In this document: positions 1-10,004 of the stretch, piece by piece
How the letters are laid out: each line of letters starts with the position of its first letter
How positions within the stretch are numbered: the first letter of the stretch is position 1
NCBI GenBank assembly: GCA_049515915.1
Contig: JBEKTP010000007.1
Location: 2,401-66,400 of the forward strand
Reading direction: 5' to 3'
Length of the DNA stretch: 64,000 nt
From: Patescibacteria group bacterium
GTDB taxonomy: Bacteria > Patescibacteriota > UBA1384 > UBA12157 > JAENIV01
Program-made: the position numbers and the translations under genes
Notes under the pieces: generated by a model
Database searches by the model: none
Told to the model about the DNA's origin: nothing
The model's input: the letters and a program-made list of their open reading frames with translations, nothing else

Positions 1-909
1 ACCGATTTTGTCAGTTGAAAGTTGTGGCAGAAGTTCAAGTGGACCGGGCAAACCCGGTGAATTACCCAAATTGAGACTAGGTAGGATTGATGTCTGATTG
101 GTTTTGAAGTCCAAAAAACCGGCAATTTCCGTTGGTCCGATTTGATAAGTTTTATCTTTCGCGTTCACCGTCAAATGGTGGTTAATGAGATCTTTGGTTT
201 TGCCTAAAGCATCATTGGCCATTTCTGTATCAACGGCCGGTTGAATTTCGTCGACAATAAAAGCCATTTTGTCGTCAAACTTAAATCCGCCGATGGTTTC
301 AAGAGCAATCTTTTTATTAGTCGAGAGCGGAAAATCTTGACCAATTTGAGCCGGCGTGACAAAAGGATCCAAACCGTTAAAGCCAATCGAAGCGTTCACC
401 GAAGTTTTGTTGATTTTCTTGGCCATCTCATTTAAGAAGTCGCTGAGTTTTCCGTCATTATATTTGAAAGAGGCAATGGTCTGATTTGAAGAAAAAACCG
501 CGCGGAGTTGTTCGGCCAAAATTTTTCCAAGAGAGCCGCGGCGGCCCACGTCCATCAGGGACTGAACCGTTTGATCGGAGGAACTGGCGTAATCGACATC
601 GAGATCTTGAATCTTCTTCGAAAAATTTTCGCCGTCCCAACTAAATTGAAGCTCTCCGTCTTTGTTGGCCGCAATAAGTTCGGTCAGCTTAGCCGAGGCT
701 TGGGCTTGATTTAACCCGCCGAAGTTAGCCGAACCAAGATAAGTTTTGGGAAAGATTTTATTTTGATAAGACAAATTAAAAATTAAAAAGAGAACCGCCA
801 AAGCGACAATGGCCAGCCCGATTATGGCTAACCCTTTCTTGACCTTGGCATTCTTAAAAATTTTTTCAACTTTCTCTTTTAATTTTTTCTCCCACTTAAT
901 CACTTCCAT
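1..909 (-). CDS. VanW/YoaR-like membrane-anchored protein (5' partial; runs off window start)
   Basis: Minus-strand ORF begins at ATG 907-909 (MEVIKWEKK...) and is open to position 1. It has an N-terminal TM followed by a G-rich segment (TYLGSANFGGLNQAQASAKL) resembling VanW-family N-terminal repeats. It is absent from the ORF track because no stop lies in the window. Confidence 0.45.
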   Translation of the reverse strand, partial: MEVIKWEKKLKEKVEKIFKNAKVKKGLAIIGLAIVALAVLFLIFNLSYQNKIFPKTYLGSANFGGLNQAQASAKLTELIAANKDGELQFSWDGENFSKKIQDLDVDYASSSDQTVQSLMDVGRRGSLGKILAEQLRAVFSSNQTIASFKYNDGKLSDFLNEMAKKINKTSVNASIGFNGLDPFVTPAQIGQDFPLSTNKKIALETIGGFKFDDKMAFIVDEIQPAVDTEMANDALGKTKDLINHHLTVNAKDKTYQIGPTEIAGFLDFKTNQTSILPSLNLGNSPGLPGPLELLPQLSTDKIG

Positions 910-926
910 TTTCCCTTCCCTTAAGT

Positions 927-1148
927 TCAATTTCCATTTAAAATCTGTTCCAAAATCGATTTAGCCAACTTTTTTTCCTGGCCAGCGGCCTCGTCCGAAT
1001 CCAAAAAATAGAGTTTCAGTTCACGGCCAGCCTTGACTGATTCCGGAATAAATTCGGCTGGCACGGTAATTTTTTGCCCTTCAATTTCAACTTCAGCTGA
1101 TTTACCTTGCCTACTAATAACTTTACACTCAATTCCATGAATGGTCAT
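927..1148 (-). CDS. small DUF3006-like protein
   Basis: 73 aa. The pattern I.VPAEFIPESVKAGRELKLYF resembles the DUF3006 small-protein family. It sits upstream of the VanW-like gene. Confidence 0.4.
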   Translation of the reverse strand: MTIHGIECKVISRQGKSAEVEIEGQKITVPAEFIPESVKAGRELKLYFLDSDEAAGQEKKLAKSILEQILNGN

Positions 1149-1246
1149 AATATTATCTACTAAATTATCAAATTAACATTAAAATGCGAATTTTATCTTT
1201 TTATATTTGAATGCTTTGCGTGTTTTATTTTCGTACTTTAGTAGGT

Positions 1247-3238
1247 TTATCTCAGGAATTTAACTATCAGCAAGGCGACGATGTTTAAAATCTTAATCAT
1301 TGGATTAACTGCCGGGCCGGCCGTGTCTTTGTACGGATCGCCGACGGTATCACCAGTGACGGCCGCTTGATGAGCAAGACTCCCCTTGCCGCCCAAATTT
1401 CCTTCTTCAATATATTTTTTAGCGTTATCCCAAGCAGCCCCGCCAGTCGTCATTGAAATAGCGACAAAAAGACCAGTCACAATTGCCCCCACCAGCATCC
1501 CGCCCAAAGCAATCGGACCCAACGCGAATCCCACGATAATCGGCACCAAAACCGGAATCAAGGCCGGCAGCACCATTTGCCTGATGGCCGAGGCCGTGAC
1601 GATATCGACCGCCCGCGAATAATCCGGCTTGGCTTTACCCTCCATCAAGCCTTTGATTTCTCGAAACTGGCGACGAACTTCCGTGACCACCGCGCCGGCC
1701 GCTTTGCCGACTGCTTCCATACTAAGCGAGCCAAAAAGATATGGCAACAAGCCACCGATAAATAAACCAACGATGAGTCTGGGATTGGAAAGATCGAACG
1801 CCAAGGTACCATGTGATTTTGTCAATTCCTGGAGATAGGCAGAAAACAAAACCAAGGCGGCCAACCCGGCAGAAGCAATCGCATATCCCTTCGTCACCGC
1901 TTTGGTCGTATTGCCGACCGCATCGAGTGGGTCAGTCACTTTTCGAACCGACTCCGGCAATTCAGCCATTTCAGCAATGCCGCCGGCGTTATCAGTAATC
2001 GGGCCGTAGGCATCAATGGCAACAATAATACCCGTCATTGAAAGCATCGAAAAAGCGGCCACCGCGATGCCATATAAACCCGCAAAATGATAGGCTGCTA
2101 AAATGCCCGCCGAAATCACCAAAATCGGCCAGGCTGTCGCTTTCATTGAGGTCGCTAACCCCGCGATAATGTTGGTGCCGTGTCCGGTTACGGAAGCTTC
2201 AGCGATATTTTTGACCGGTCGATACTTGGTCGAAGTGTAGTATTCAGTGATGATCACCATCAGCATCGTCACGGCAACACCAACGAGGCTAGCGAAATAA
2301 AGATGATTAATTGGCGCGATCCCATTCATAAGATATTTAGTGACAAAATAAAAACCGGCGGCGGCCAAGATGGCCGACATCGCCAACCCTTTGTATAAAG
2401 CATTCATTATTTTTTCGCCCGATAATCTGACAAAAAAGGTGCCTAGAATTGAAGCCAAAATGGAAACGCCACCCAAAACCAACGGATAGAAAATGGCATT
2501 TTTTGATTGATAAGTCAAAGACCCCAAAAGCATGACCGCGATGGCCGTGACGGCGTAAGTTTCGAATAAATCCGCCGCCATGCCGGCGCAATCGCCAACG
2601 TTATCGCCAACGTTATCGGCAATGACCGCCGGGTTACGCGGATCGTCTTCAGGAATACCGGCTTCCACCTTACCAACTAAATCGGCACCCACATCGGCCG
2701 CTTTGGTATAAATGCCGCCGCCTAAACGGGCAAAAATACTAATCAGCGAGCCGCCAAAACCCAAACCAATCAACGCTGAAATATCATGAGTGATGGCGTA
2801 ATAACCCGTCACGCCAATCAACCCTAAGCCGACCACCAATAATCCTGTGACTGCCCCACCGCGGAAGGCCATCGAAAGAGCCGGCTTAAGACCTTTGAAA
2901 GCCGCCTGGGCGGTTCGAACGTTGGCCCGAACGGCCACATTCATCCCAATATAACCGGCCGAAGCGGAAAGGATCGCCCCGATGAGAAAGCCGACGGCCG
3001 TTTTATAGCCCAAAGCAAACCACAAAATCGCCGCTAAAATAACCGCGATGACCGCCACGGTTTTATACTGACGATTCAAATACGCTTTCGCCCCCGTTTG
3101 AATCGCCCCGGCAATTTCCTGCATTTTTTTCGAGCCAGGATCAGCTTTTAAAATTTGCCAAATAAGAATAAGACCGTAGATAATGGCCAAGCCCGCCGAA
3201 CCTAAAGCAATTAAGTAAGAGAAAGATGCCGTGGACAT
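1247..3238 (-). CDS. hppA: membrane-bound H+/Na+-translocating inorganic pyrophosphatase
   Basis: 663 aa polytopic protein. Signature motifs [22 protein letters not shown] and [14 protein letters not shown] are present, with the typical 15-16 TM architecture. Confidence 0.92.
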   Translation of the reverse strand: MSTASFSYLIALGSAGLAIIYGLILIWQILKADPGSKKMQEIAGAIQTGAKAYLNRQYKTVAVIAVILAAILWFALGYKTAVGFLIGAILSASAGYIGMNVAVRANVRTAQAAFKGLKPALSMAFRGGAVTGLLVVGLGLIGVTGYYAITHDISALIGLGFGGSLISIFARLGGGIYTKAADVGADLVGKVEAGIPEDDPRNPAVIADNVGDNVGDCAGMAADLFETYAVTAIAVMLLGSLTYQSKNAIFYPLVLGGVSILASILGTFFVRLSGEKIMNALYKGLAMSAILAAAGFYFVTKYLMNGIAPINHLYFASLVGVAVTMLMVIITEYYTSTKYRPVKNIAEASVTGHGTNIIAGLATSMKATAWPILVISAGILAAYHFAGLYGIAVAAFSMLSMTGIIVAIDAYGPITDNAGGIAEMAELPESVRKVTDPLDAVGNTTKAVTKGYAIASAGLAALVLFSAYLQELTKSHGTLAFDLSNPRLIVGLFIGGLLPYLFGSLSMEAVGKAAGAVVTEVRRQFREIKGLMEGKAKPDYSRAVDIVTASAIRQMVLPALIPVLVPIIVGFALGPIALGGMLVGAIVTGLFVAISMTTGGAAWDNAKKYIEEGNLGGKGSLAHQAAVTGDTVGDPYKDTAGPAVNPMIKILNIVALLIVKFLR

Positions 3239-3254
3239 GATACCTCCCCAATAT

Positions 3255-4388
3255 TTATTTCTTATTCAAAATTTCGTTGAAGACGGCTAGTGTTTCTTCG
3301 GCCGTTTTCCGCCAAGAATATTTCTTAATCATCTCCGAACCTTTTTTAATCAGGCTTTGGCGCAAGTTTTCATCAGTTAATACTCTCTCAATTTTTTCCG
3401 CCATCTCGTCCGGTTTTTCAGGATTAAAATATAAAGCCGCCTCGCCGTAGATTTCGGGCAATGACGAGTGGTTCGAAGAGACAACCGCCGTTTTGGCCAT
3501 CATGGCTTCCAGCCCAGGCAAGCCAAATCCTTCATAGAGCGAAGGAAAAACATAACAAGTCGCTATTCGATACCAAGCAGTCAGATCTTCGTCACTAACA
3601 AAGCCTGGCATTATAATATCTGATTTATAGGGAGATTTGTCAATAGTTTCCACCAGTTCTTGATAGTTCGGATCGGGCTTACCAACTAAGACCAATTTAG
3701 CCGGCGTTTTTTTTCTAATAATATCGAAGGCCTTGACTAAATGAGCAATATTTTTATGGGCCCGAAATTGCCCAACATATAAAATCATCGGCGTATCAAT
3801 TTTAAATTGGTTTTTAATTCTTTCGATATTCTTCTCTGATGCATCAACGAAAGTTTTATCATCGGCGGCCAATTTTATGACGACAATTTTTTTCGGATTC
3901 GGATGAAAAACTTTTAAAATGTCGTTTTGGGTATTTTCAGAATCGGTGATGATTTTAGTTGATTTTTTGACGGCGCTTTTTAGAACAAAATTAAAAGCTT
4001 TTTCACGCAAAAACCCAGTTTTCCTCGCCGTTTTCGGGAAAAAGTACAACGTTAGATCATGAATGACGACAATAAATTTACCGCGATATCGAACCGGATA
4101 ATTCGTGTTTAAAAAAACCATGAGGTCGCAATATTCTTTGGCGATAATGTCGGGCATCTTCGTTTGCTCAGCGAGACTGTAGTGGGGAATATCAACTTCC
4201 ACTATTTTATGTTTCTGATTTCGAATTTCGGATTTCGGATTGACCTCTTTGATATCATCGGAGGTCATAAAAAAGACATACCGATTCTTTTTATCGATTT
4301 CTAAAAGATTTTTAATTAAGTTTTGGCTATATCGCCCGATCCCCGCTACCGATGAGCGATACATCCGCGCGTCAATGCCGATAGTCAC
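3255..4388 (-). CDS. glycosyltransferase family 4 (GT-B, Glycos_transf_1)
   Basis: C-terminal EX7E-type motif [30 protein letters not shown]. Has a 4-nt overlap with the upstream gene. Confidence 0.8.
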   Translation of the reverse strand: MTIGIDARMYRSSVAGIGRYSQNLIKNLLEIDKKNRYVFFMTSDDIKEVNPKSEIRNQKHKIVEVDIPHYSLAEQTKMPDIIAKEYCDLMVFLNTNYPVRYRGKFIVVIHDLTLYFFPKTARKTGFLREKAFNFVLKSAVKKSTKIITDSENTQNDILKVFHPNPKKIVVIKLAADDKTFVDASEKNIERIKNQFKIDTPMILYVGQFRAHKNIAHLVKAFDIIRKKTPAKLVLVGKPDPNYQELVETIDKSPYKSDIIMPGFVSDEDLTAWYRIATCYVFPSLYEGFGLPGLEAMMAKTAVVSSNHSSLPEIYGEAALYFNPEKPDEMAEKIERVLTDENLRQSLIKKGSEMIKKYSWRKTAEETLAVFNEILNKK

Positions 4389-4792
4389 ATTACCACCTCT
4401 TTAAATGTCCAAAACTTATTAATCAAAAAATTCCAAAACAGTACAATCAAAGTCGCCAGCGCCAAACCAATAATATCGCGCCAATGAAACCAGGAAACAA
4501 CAAGATACATAATTAAAGTATTTAATCCCAAACCGACTAAAGCAACGACCATAAACTTACTAAATTGATGCAACTTATTGGGATCGTAAGACCTAAACGT
4601 CCAGCGGCGATTCCAGATATAAGAGTTAATAACGGAAACGGCGAATGATACGACCTTGGCGATTAGATAAAAAATCAAGGTAAAGCGGGTCAGCAACAAA
4701 TAAATTCCCCAATCAATCACGGTCGAGGAAACTCCGACAACGCCAAACTTAACAAACTGCCGAACTCCGCGGCGTTTTAATAATGAATTCAT
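4385..4792 (-). CDS. GtrA-family membrane protein (polyprenol-P-sugar translocase-like)
   Basis: 135 aa with 4 TM. The N-terminus RQFVKFGVVGVSSTVIDWGIYLLL is typical of the GtrA family. Confidence 0.75.
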   Translation of the reverse strand: MNSLLKRRGVRQFVKFGVVGVSSTVIDWGIYLLLTRFTLIFYLIAKVVSFAVSVINSYIWNRRWTFRSYDPNKLHQFSKFMVVALVGLGLNTLIMYLVVSWFHWRDIIGLALATLIVLFWNFLINKFWTFKEVVM

Positions 4793-4830
4793 ATTAGAAA
4801 TATACCAAAAAACAGGGAAATTTGCCAGAG

Positions 4831-5544
4831 TCAGCGATATTTTCCAAAAATCATATTCTTTTTAATAATAAAAAGTTCGTGAAGTGTCTTAAACGCGGCA
4901 GATTTTTTGACGGTCGTGCGAGTATCATCATACCAATCAACCGACACTTCTTTGATTTGATATCCTTTTTTAATTCCGATCGCCAAGATCTCGACATCAA
5001 AGCCCCAACGGTCGATTGTTTGGCAAGAAAAAACATCTTGGGCAAATTCAGCCGAGTAGAGCTTAAAACCACATTGGGTGTCAACGAATTTGATACCCAG
5101 AGCCACTCGAATCACCCAGTTGCCCATTCTTGAAATTACCCGGCGATAAAAAGGTTGTTTGACTTTAATGGAATCAGCCTTTAAATATCTTGAACCGATA
5201 ATCGCTTGATAATCTTTGATCAATGGCAGAAGTTTTTCGACTTCCGAAATGTCCGTCGAACTGTCGGCATCCATCACTAGACGCCAATCCCCTTGAGCGG
5301 CCAAAATGCCTGTTTTGACCGCGCTACCTTTACCTTTATTAACCTTATGGTCAATGAGGTAAAAGTTCTCCCACCCTTTGATTTTTTCGGTGACAACCTG
5401 ACCGGTCTTATCCGGCGAACCATCGTTGACGACAATCACTTCCCATGAATATTGTTGTTTCGATAAATAACTCCGCACTTTCTCCAAAGTCTTCGGAATT
5501 CTTTTTTCTTCTTGATAAGCCGGCAAAATAATCGATAAAAACAT
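4831..5544 (-). CDS. GT2 polyprenol-phosphate glycosyltransferase (DPM1/GtrB-like)
   Basis: ILPAYQEE...VVNDGSPDKT...DADSS motifs (DXD). Short and soluble, and adjacent to GtrA. Confidence 0.8.
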   Translation of the reverse strand: MFLSIILPAYQEEKRIPKTLEKVRSYLSKQQYSWEVIVVNDGSPDKTGQVVTEKIKGWENFYLIDHKVNKGKGSAVKTGILAAQGDWRLVMDADSSTDISEVEKLLPLIKDYQAIIGSRYLKADSIKVKQPFYRRVISRMGNWVIRVALGIKFVDTQCGFKLYSAEFAQDVFSCQTIDRWGFDVEILAIGIKKGYQIKEVSVDWYDDTRTTVKKSAAFKTLHELFIIKKNMIFGKYR

Positions 5545-5641
5545 TCAGTTCTCCTCCGCTATTTTATCAGATTCGACAGACTACGCCAACTCAAGCACTT
5601 AGATTCTTGACCTTATTCCCTTCTGATGTTAAAATCAGGCC

Positions 5642-7219
5642 ATGTCAAAATACGATCAAATTCGCCAGCGTTCTTTAAGAAAAATCTGGAAAGCCGTCAT
5701 CAAAACCGTGACTAAACAGTTCATTTTTAATCTGGTAATGGGCGCTGTTGTTTTAGCTTTATCATTTTATATTTATCATTTAGCCGGCAACTACTGGATG
5801 CCACGTCAGCGCCCGACCGGCGATGAACCGCACTATCTCATTATCGCCGAAAGCCTGATTAAAGATCATGATCTCGATTTAAAAAATAATTATGCCCAGA
5901 AAGATTACCAGGCCTGGGGCTATGCGGGTATTACCCTCGACGCCCACGTTTCAGTGAATAGCCAAAACGGTCACCAATACTCGGTCCATAACATTGGCTG
6001 GCCCTTGATTTTTGTCTTCCCTTTCAGCCGCTGGGGTGTCGCCGGCGCGCGAGCCGTTTCAGAGATTATCGGCGCTCTTTTGGCCTTAAATATCTTTCTT
6101 TTTATTAAAAAAATCACCGGCCAAACCAAAATTGCCTGGATTGTTTTTGCCGCCACGGCCTTTTCGATCCCCTTTATCACTTATTCCGTCCAACTTTTTA
6201 GTGAAATTTCGGCCGCTTTATTAATCTGCTATGCCGTTCGAGTTTTGTGGGAACGTTTGCCTAATTTTTTGAGTCAATTTTTAAGCATCGCCGCCATTTC
6301 TTATCTGCCCTGGATTCACGTTAAATATCTTTGGATCAGTTTATTTCTATTTTTGGTTTGGCTATACCTTAATCTATTTCGCAAAAGAGCCTCGGAGGAT
6401 GCCCCAAACGAAGTGCCACAAAGCACGCTGACCCGAACGCAGTTCGAGTCTAGGCTGGCTAAGGCAACCAAAAGTGAGGGGCGACCCCGAGGCTCAAAAA
6501 AACAGCGTCCCGTATTAAGTTTTAATGTTTCACCCATCCTCTTTCTCAGTCTCCTCTATCTTTTCTCCGGCGCTCTGATGGCCTACTTTTTTAAAGTTTG
6601 GTACGGCAGTTACCTACCCAACGCCCAATACCCCGCAGGTATGGCCTTGGTTCAACCCAATCAACTGGGCACGGGCACTTTAGGGCTTTTACTCGACTCT
6701 CATTTTGGACTTTTTCCTTATGCGCCTATTTACATTTTTGGGCTCGCCGGTTTGATAGCCGCCTTTATCCGCGATCGTTTTTTAGGGATTCTTTTGACCA
6801 TCAGTTTCTTGGCCGTTTTTTTACAGCACGCTGGTTCCACCTTCTTGATTGGCTGGGCACCCACCGGTCGTTTTATTGTCACCATTTCACCAATGCTGAC
6901 TGTCTCACTAGGCGTTCTCTATCCTTTAATGAAAACGTGGAATAAAGTGATTTTCTTTTTCGCCGCCGGCTGGGGCATAATGAGCGGTTATTTTTTAATT
7001 ATCCATCCCGGCCTCAACTACAGCACTTCTGAACCAAAATACCTTGAAGCAATAAGTTCAAAATTAATTGATTTTACTCATTTTTTTCCCAAGATAATCG
7101 ATCTAGACCGAGCTCCCGCCACCGTCATTAATGATTGGCCGCTCGTCTTAATCTGGCTTGGGGCTATTGCGCTTCTGACCACCGCCACCCTGGTTTTTCG
7201 AACTAAAAATAAGATTTAA
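5642..7219 (+). CDS. polytopic membrane protein, GT-C-like glycosyltransferase candidate
   Basis: 525 aa with about 12 TM. The first loop carries the acidic motif GDEPHY. A central hydrophilic insert (RKRASEDAPNEV...GSKKQRPVLS) is encoded by a GC-rich segment bounded by inverted repeats. Confidence 0.4.
   Translation: MSKYDQIRQRSLRKIWKAVIKTVTKQFIFNLVMGAVVLALSFYIYHLAGNYWMPRQRPTGDEPHYLIIAESLIKDHDLDLKNNYAQKDYQAWGYAGITLDAHVSVNSQNGHQYSVHNIGWPLIFVFPFSRWGVAGARAVSEIIGALLALNIFLFIKKITGQTKIAWIVFAATAFSIPFITYSVQLFSEISAALLICYAVRVLWERLPNFLSQFLSIAAISYLPWIHVKYLWISLFLFLVWLYLNLFRKRASEDAPNEVPQSTLTRTQFESRLAKATKSEGRPRGSKKQRPVLSFNVSPILFLSLLYLFSGALMAYFFKVWYGSYLPNAQYPAGMALVQPNQLGTGTLGLLLDSHFGLFPYAPIYIFGLAGLIAAFIRDRFLGILLTISFLAVFLQHAGSTFLIGWAPTGRFIVTISPMLTVSLGVLYPLMKTWNKVIFFFAAGWGIMSGYFLIIHPGLNYSTSEPKYLEAISSKLIDFTHFFPKIIDLDRAPATVINDWPLVLIWLGAIALLTTATLVFRTKNKI
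6387..6495 (+). repeat. GC-rich ~109-bp segment bounded by 9-bp perfect inverted repeats (gagcctcgg / ccgaggctc) inside a membrane-protein CDS
   Basis: Inverted repeats and an internal gggg-cga-cccc hairpin seen in the sequence. It encodes a hydrophilic loop. Confidence 0.3.
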
Positions 7220-7245
7220 CTAAATATTAGCGAACGATTAATTCG

Positions 7246-8844
7246 TTATCTTTTCTTGGTAAAATCCCAGACATACATTGTCCCGCCGATAATTCTATCG
7301 GGGGGATACTTAGTTGCCCAACTCATATCAAAACCGGACGGCGGCACTCTAATTTGTTGAATACAAATCACCACCCATCCGTCCGATGGCGGCGTGTTCG
7401 GTAAAATTTCGGCATTAAGACCATAATAACCAAAAGCATCATAGTTCCAGCAAAGTTCGTAGACTTTTTTAATATTGTTAGCCTTGGCATAATCGGCGAA
7501 ACGAATCATATTTTGATCCCAATCCAAATTGGAATCGGCAATATGAGCGCTCGCTTTGACCACTCCACCGGCAAGAGGATTAAAATAAGTAATATAATTC
7601 GGATAAGCCAAAATCCCGACCAAAATTTGAGCGGCCACCAAAAGGGTTACCACAACACTAATGAGCTTTCCTTTAGCCACGGCCAACCTTGCTATCAAAA
7701 TGAATAAAAAGGGCAAAATAACCAAAATATGCCTAATCCCAATATCAATTCGGGAGGTCATCGCCACCCCCAAGAAAAATAAGGGTGGAAAAATAATTAA
7801 AAACTCTTCAAAAAATTTCCGAGCTGTTTGACGAAAAAATAAAATCGCTAAGATCAATAGGACAAAAACTTCTAGCGGCAGCTTCAAAGCTAAAACTTCG
7901 GGAAAATAATCCCACCAGCCACGATAATCCATTTTGCCGTTAAAATAGCTCCAATGGCCGACCGAATTGTGATTTGAAACCATTTGATAACCGGCCCAAA
8001 ACTTTTCGAAGGGCATGACCAACCATTTGACCAAGCCGGCGTCAACAATATTGGCACGCATCGAAAAAGCGTACAAAATCCAAGTGAGAATAACGACAAC
8101 GACCAACGAAAACATCAGTTGATAAATTTGCCTTAGAGCGGATTTTTTCGGGATAAAAATAACCGCCGCTGCCAAAATAATCGGCAAAATCAGTAATCCC
8201 GAAAACTTAGCTAAAATTGTTCCGGCAAGCGCCAACGAAAACCAAAAAATATTTCTCCAGGTCGGATGAAGTAGCCATTTTCGAAAAAGCCAAAGGGCCA
8301 GGACAAAAAAGAAAACTAAGCCCATATCGGTGGTCGCCAGCCGCCCATGGGCCAAAATATTTGGACAAAAAGCCGTCAAAGTGGCGGCGATAAGCCCGGC
8401 CCGCGGCCCAAATAAAGTTTTCGCCCATAAAAAGACCAAATAAATCAAACCTAAGGTAAGCAAAATGATCGGCAATCTCGCCCAAGCGGTGATTTGTTCA
8501 ACATTATTGCCGCTGTGATACCAAAAATCAGCGGCGTAATTCCACTGGCCACTCCCATAAGGCTGATAATTTTCAATCGGCGTCTTCGGCAATTTGGGCC
8601 GAGCAATTTTGGCCAATAAACCTTCAAGATCATTCAACAAGGGCGGATGTTCGGTGTTGAAAGAATAGTCTCCTTCGAAAACGTGCAAGTAGCCGGCCGA
8701 AATATGAACTTTTTCATCCACCGTAATCGAATCGGTTCGGGCCGAAAAAAACATCAACAGCGCTGATCCTAAAATAATAGCCAAGAGTGCAAGGTCAACC
8801 CAATGCTTTTTTAAATTATCCAAGCAAGCCCCCAAATCACCCAA
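7246..8844 (-). CDS. GT-C glycosyltransferase, PMT/ArnT-like (GT39/GT83-type)
   Basis: The first extracytoplasmic loop TVDEKVHISAGY matches the PMT/ArnT DE-x-x-H motif. 532 aa polytopic protein. Confidence 0.6.
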   Translation of the reverse strand: MGDLGACLDNLKKHWVDLALLAIILGSALLMFFSARTDSITVDEKVHISAGYLHVFEGDYSFNTEHPPLLNDLEGLLAKIARPKLPKTPIENYQPYGSGQWNYAADFWYHSGNNVEQITAWARLPIILLTLGLIYLVFLWAKTLFGPRAGLIAATLTAFCPNILAHGRLATTDMGLVFFFVLALWLFRKWLLHPTWRNIFWFSLALAGTILAKFSGLLILPIILAAAVIFIPKKSALRQIYQLMFSLVVVVILTWILYAFSMRANIVDAGLVKWLVMPFEKFWAGYQMVSNHNSVGHWSYFNGKMDYRGWWDYFPEVLALKLPLEVFVLLILAILFFRQTARKFFEEFLIIFPPLFFLGVAMTSRIDIGIRHILVILPFLFILIARLAVAKGKLISVVVTLLVAAQILVGILAYPNYITYFNPLAGGVVKASAHIADSNLDWDQNMIRFADYAKANNIKKVYELCWNYDAFGYYGLNAEILPNTPPSDGWVVICIQQIRVPPSGFDMSWATKYPPDRIIGGTMYVWDFTKKR

Positions 8845-9992
8845 AAGATAATCGCCAGATCATTTTTCCAGTACGGCGTGTCAATAAAGCCATAAATTAA
8901 AATGGAAGCCATCATCGCCGCCAAGTAAGGTGAAAATTCCGAACGACGGGCGGTAATTTCTCTAAAAAAGACCACCACCAACACCAAAAAAGCGACGAGA
9001 CCTAAAAGACCGGTCGTAAGATAAAACATTAAATAAATATTGTGGCTGGTGAGCGCCTCGGGCGAGATATATTCGGGAAAATTGACTCGATTTTGCGTCA
9101 GAGTTTTAAAAGCGTTTTGATAATTGGCCAATCCGATGCCTAAAATCGGATGGTCGCGCCCGAGTTCAAGCGACGTCTGCCAAATCTGCCAACGAACATT
9201 GTTGGATGTCACTACCCGTCCGCCGGCTGAACCAGGCAAGCTAAAGTTAGGTTTAAACAAGGTCCAAGAGGTGTAAAGGGCCGCTAAAATCAGAATCACA
9301 ATCATAATTTTCGCCGAGAAACGTTCGCGAATCCAAAACCAGTAACGAAAAATGACAAAAGTTCCCAAACCGCCCGCCACCGCCAGTAACCCGCCCCGGC
9401 TGCCCGAAAGATAAATCCCCACGAGAATAATGACAAAAACCAATTCGGGTAGGATCGAGTAAACCAAGTGTTTCATTCTTGATTGAAATCGGACGCTTTG
9501 AGTGGCCACTAAAACGGCAATCGGCGATAAATATAAGGCTAAATAATTGGGGCTGTAACCGAAGATGCCGACGACTCGGCCATCGGTGGTTACCTGTCCG
9601 CTTAAGCGTTGAATAATGGCGTGGCAAGCCACAAAAAGTCCGGAAAGACTAAAAGCCCAAATAAATTTTTCGAGATCTTCTTTTTTGACGAACTGGAAAA
9701 TCAGCCATACTACCATCATTGGATCAATAAAAAAGGCTTTGAGTTCACCGAGAGCTTCGTGTTTTAAAGGAGAAACTAAAGTTGAAATTATCGCAGCAAT
9801 TAAAAGTAAAACGGCTGGGAGCCAGGCCAACCAGGGAATTTTTTTAAAACCAACTTTCCACGCCTGCCAAAGCCCAATGAGAAAGACGACATAAATAATG
9901 ATTTCCAATAATGTCGTGGGAACAGGCCCAATTGAAAAACGGATAAGATACGCGGGCAAAATTAAGACAATAAAAGAAATTAAATAAGACAT
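8811..9992 (-). CDS. Wzy_C / O-antigen-ligase-family membrane protein (candidate O-oligosaccharyltransferase or polymerase)
   Basis: 393 aa polytopic protein. A Wzy_C-type loop with YLSGSRGGLLAVAGG is present. Confidence 0.6.
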   Translation of the reverse strand: MSYLISFIVLILPAYLIRFSIGPVPTTLLEIIIYVVFLIGLWQAWKVGFKKIPWLAWLPAVLLLIAAIISTLVSPLKHEALGELKAFFIDPMMVVWLIFQFVKKEDLEKFIWAFSLSGLFVACHAIIQRLSGQVTTDGRVVGIFGYSPNYLALYLSPIAVLVATQSVRFQSRMKHLVYSILPELVFVIILVGIYLSGSRGGLLAVAGGLGTFVIFRYWFWIRERFSAKIMIVILILAALYTSWTLFKPNFSLPGSAGGRVVTSNNVRWQIWQTSLELGRDHPILGIGLANYQNAFKTLTQNRVNFPEYISPEALTSHNIYLMFYLTTGLLGLVAFLVLVVVFFREITARRSEFSPYLAAMMASILIYGFIDTPYWKNDLAIIFWVIWGLAWII

Positions 9993-10004
9993 TTTCTTAA
10001 AAAA

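Noticed and set aside
204-714. Four short track ORFs at the window start
   Set aside because: They fall inside the partial VanW-like minus-strand gene that runs off the window edge. That reading frame stays open from 909 to 1.
1386-2591. Several 60-85 aa ORFs on both strands inside the pyrophosphatase gene
   Set aside because: They are antisense or out-of-frame shadows within a well-supported 663-aa CDS.
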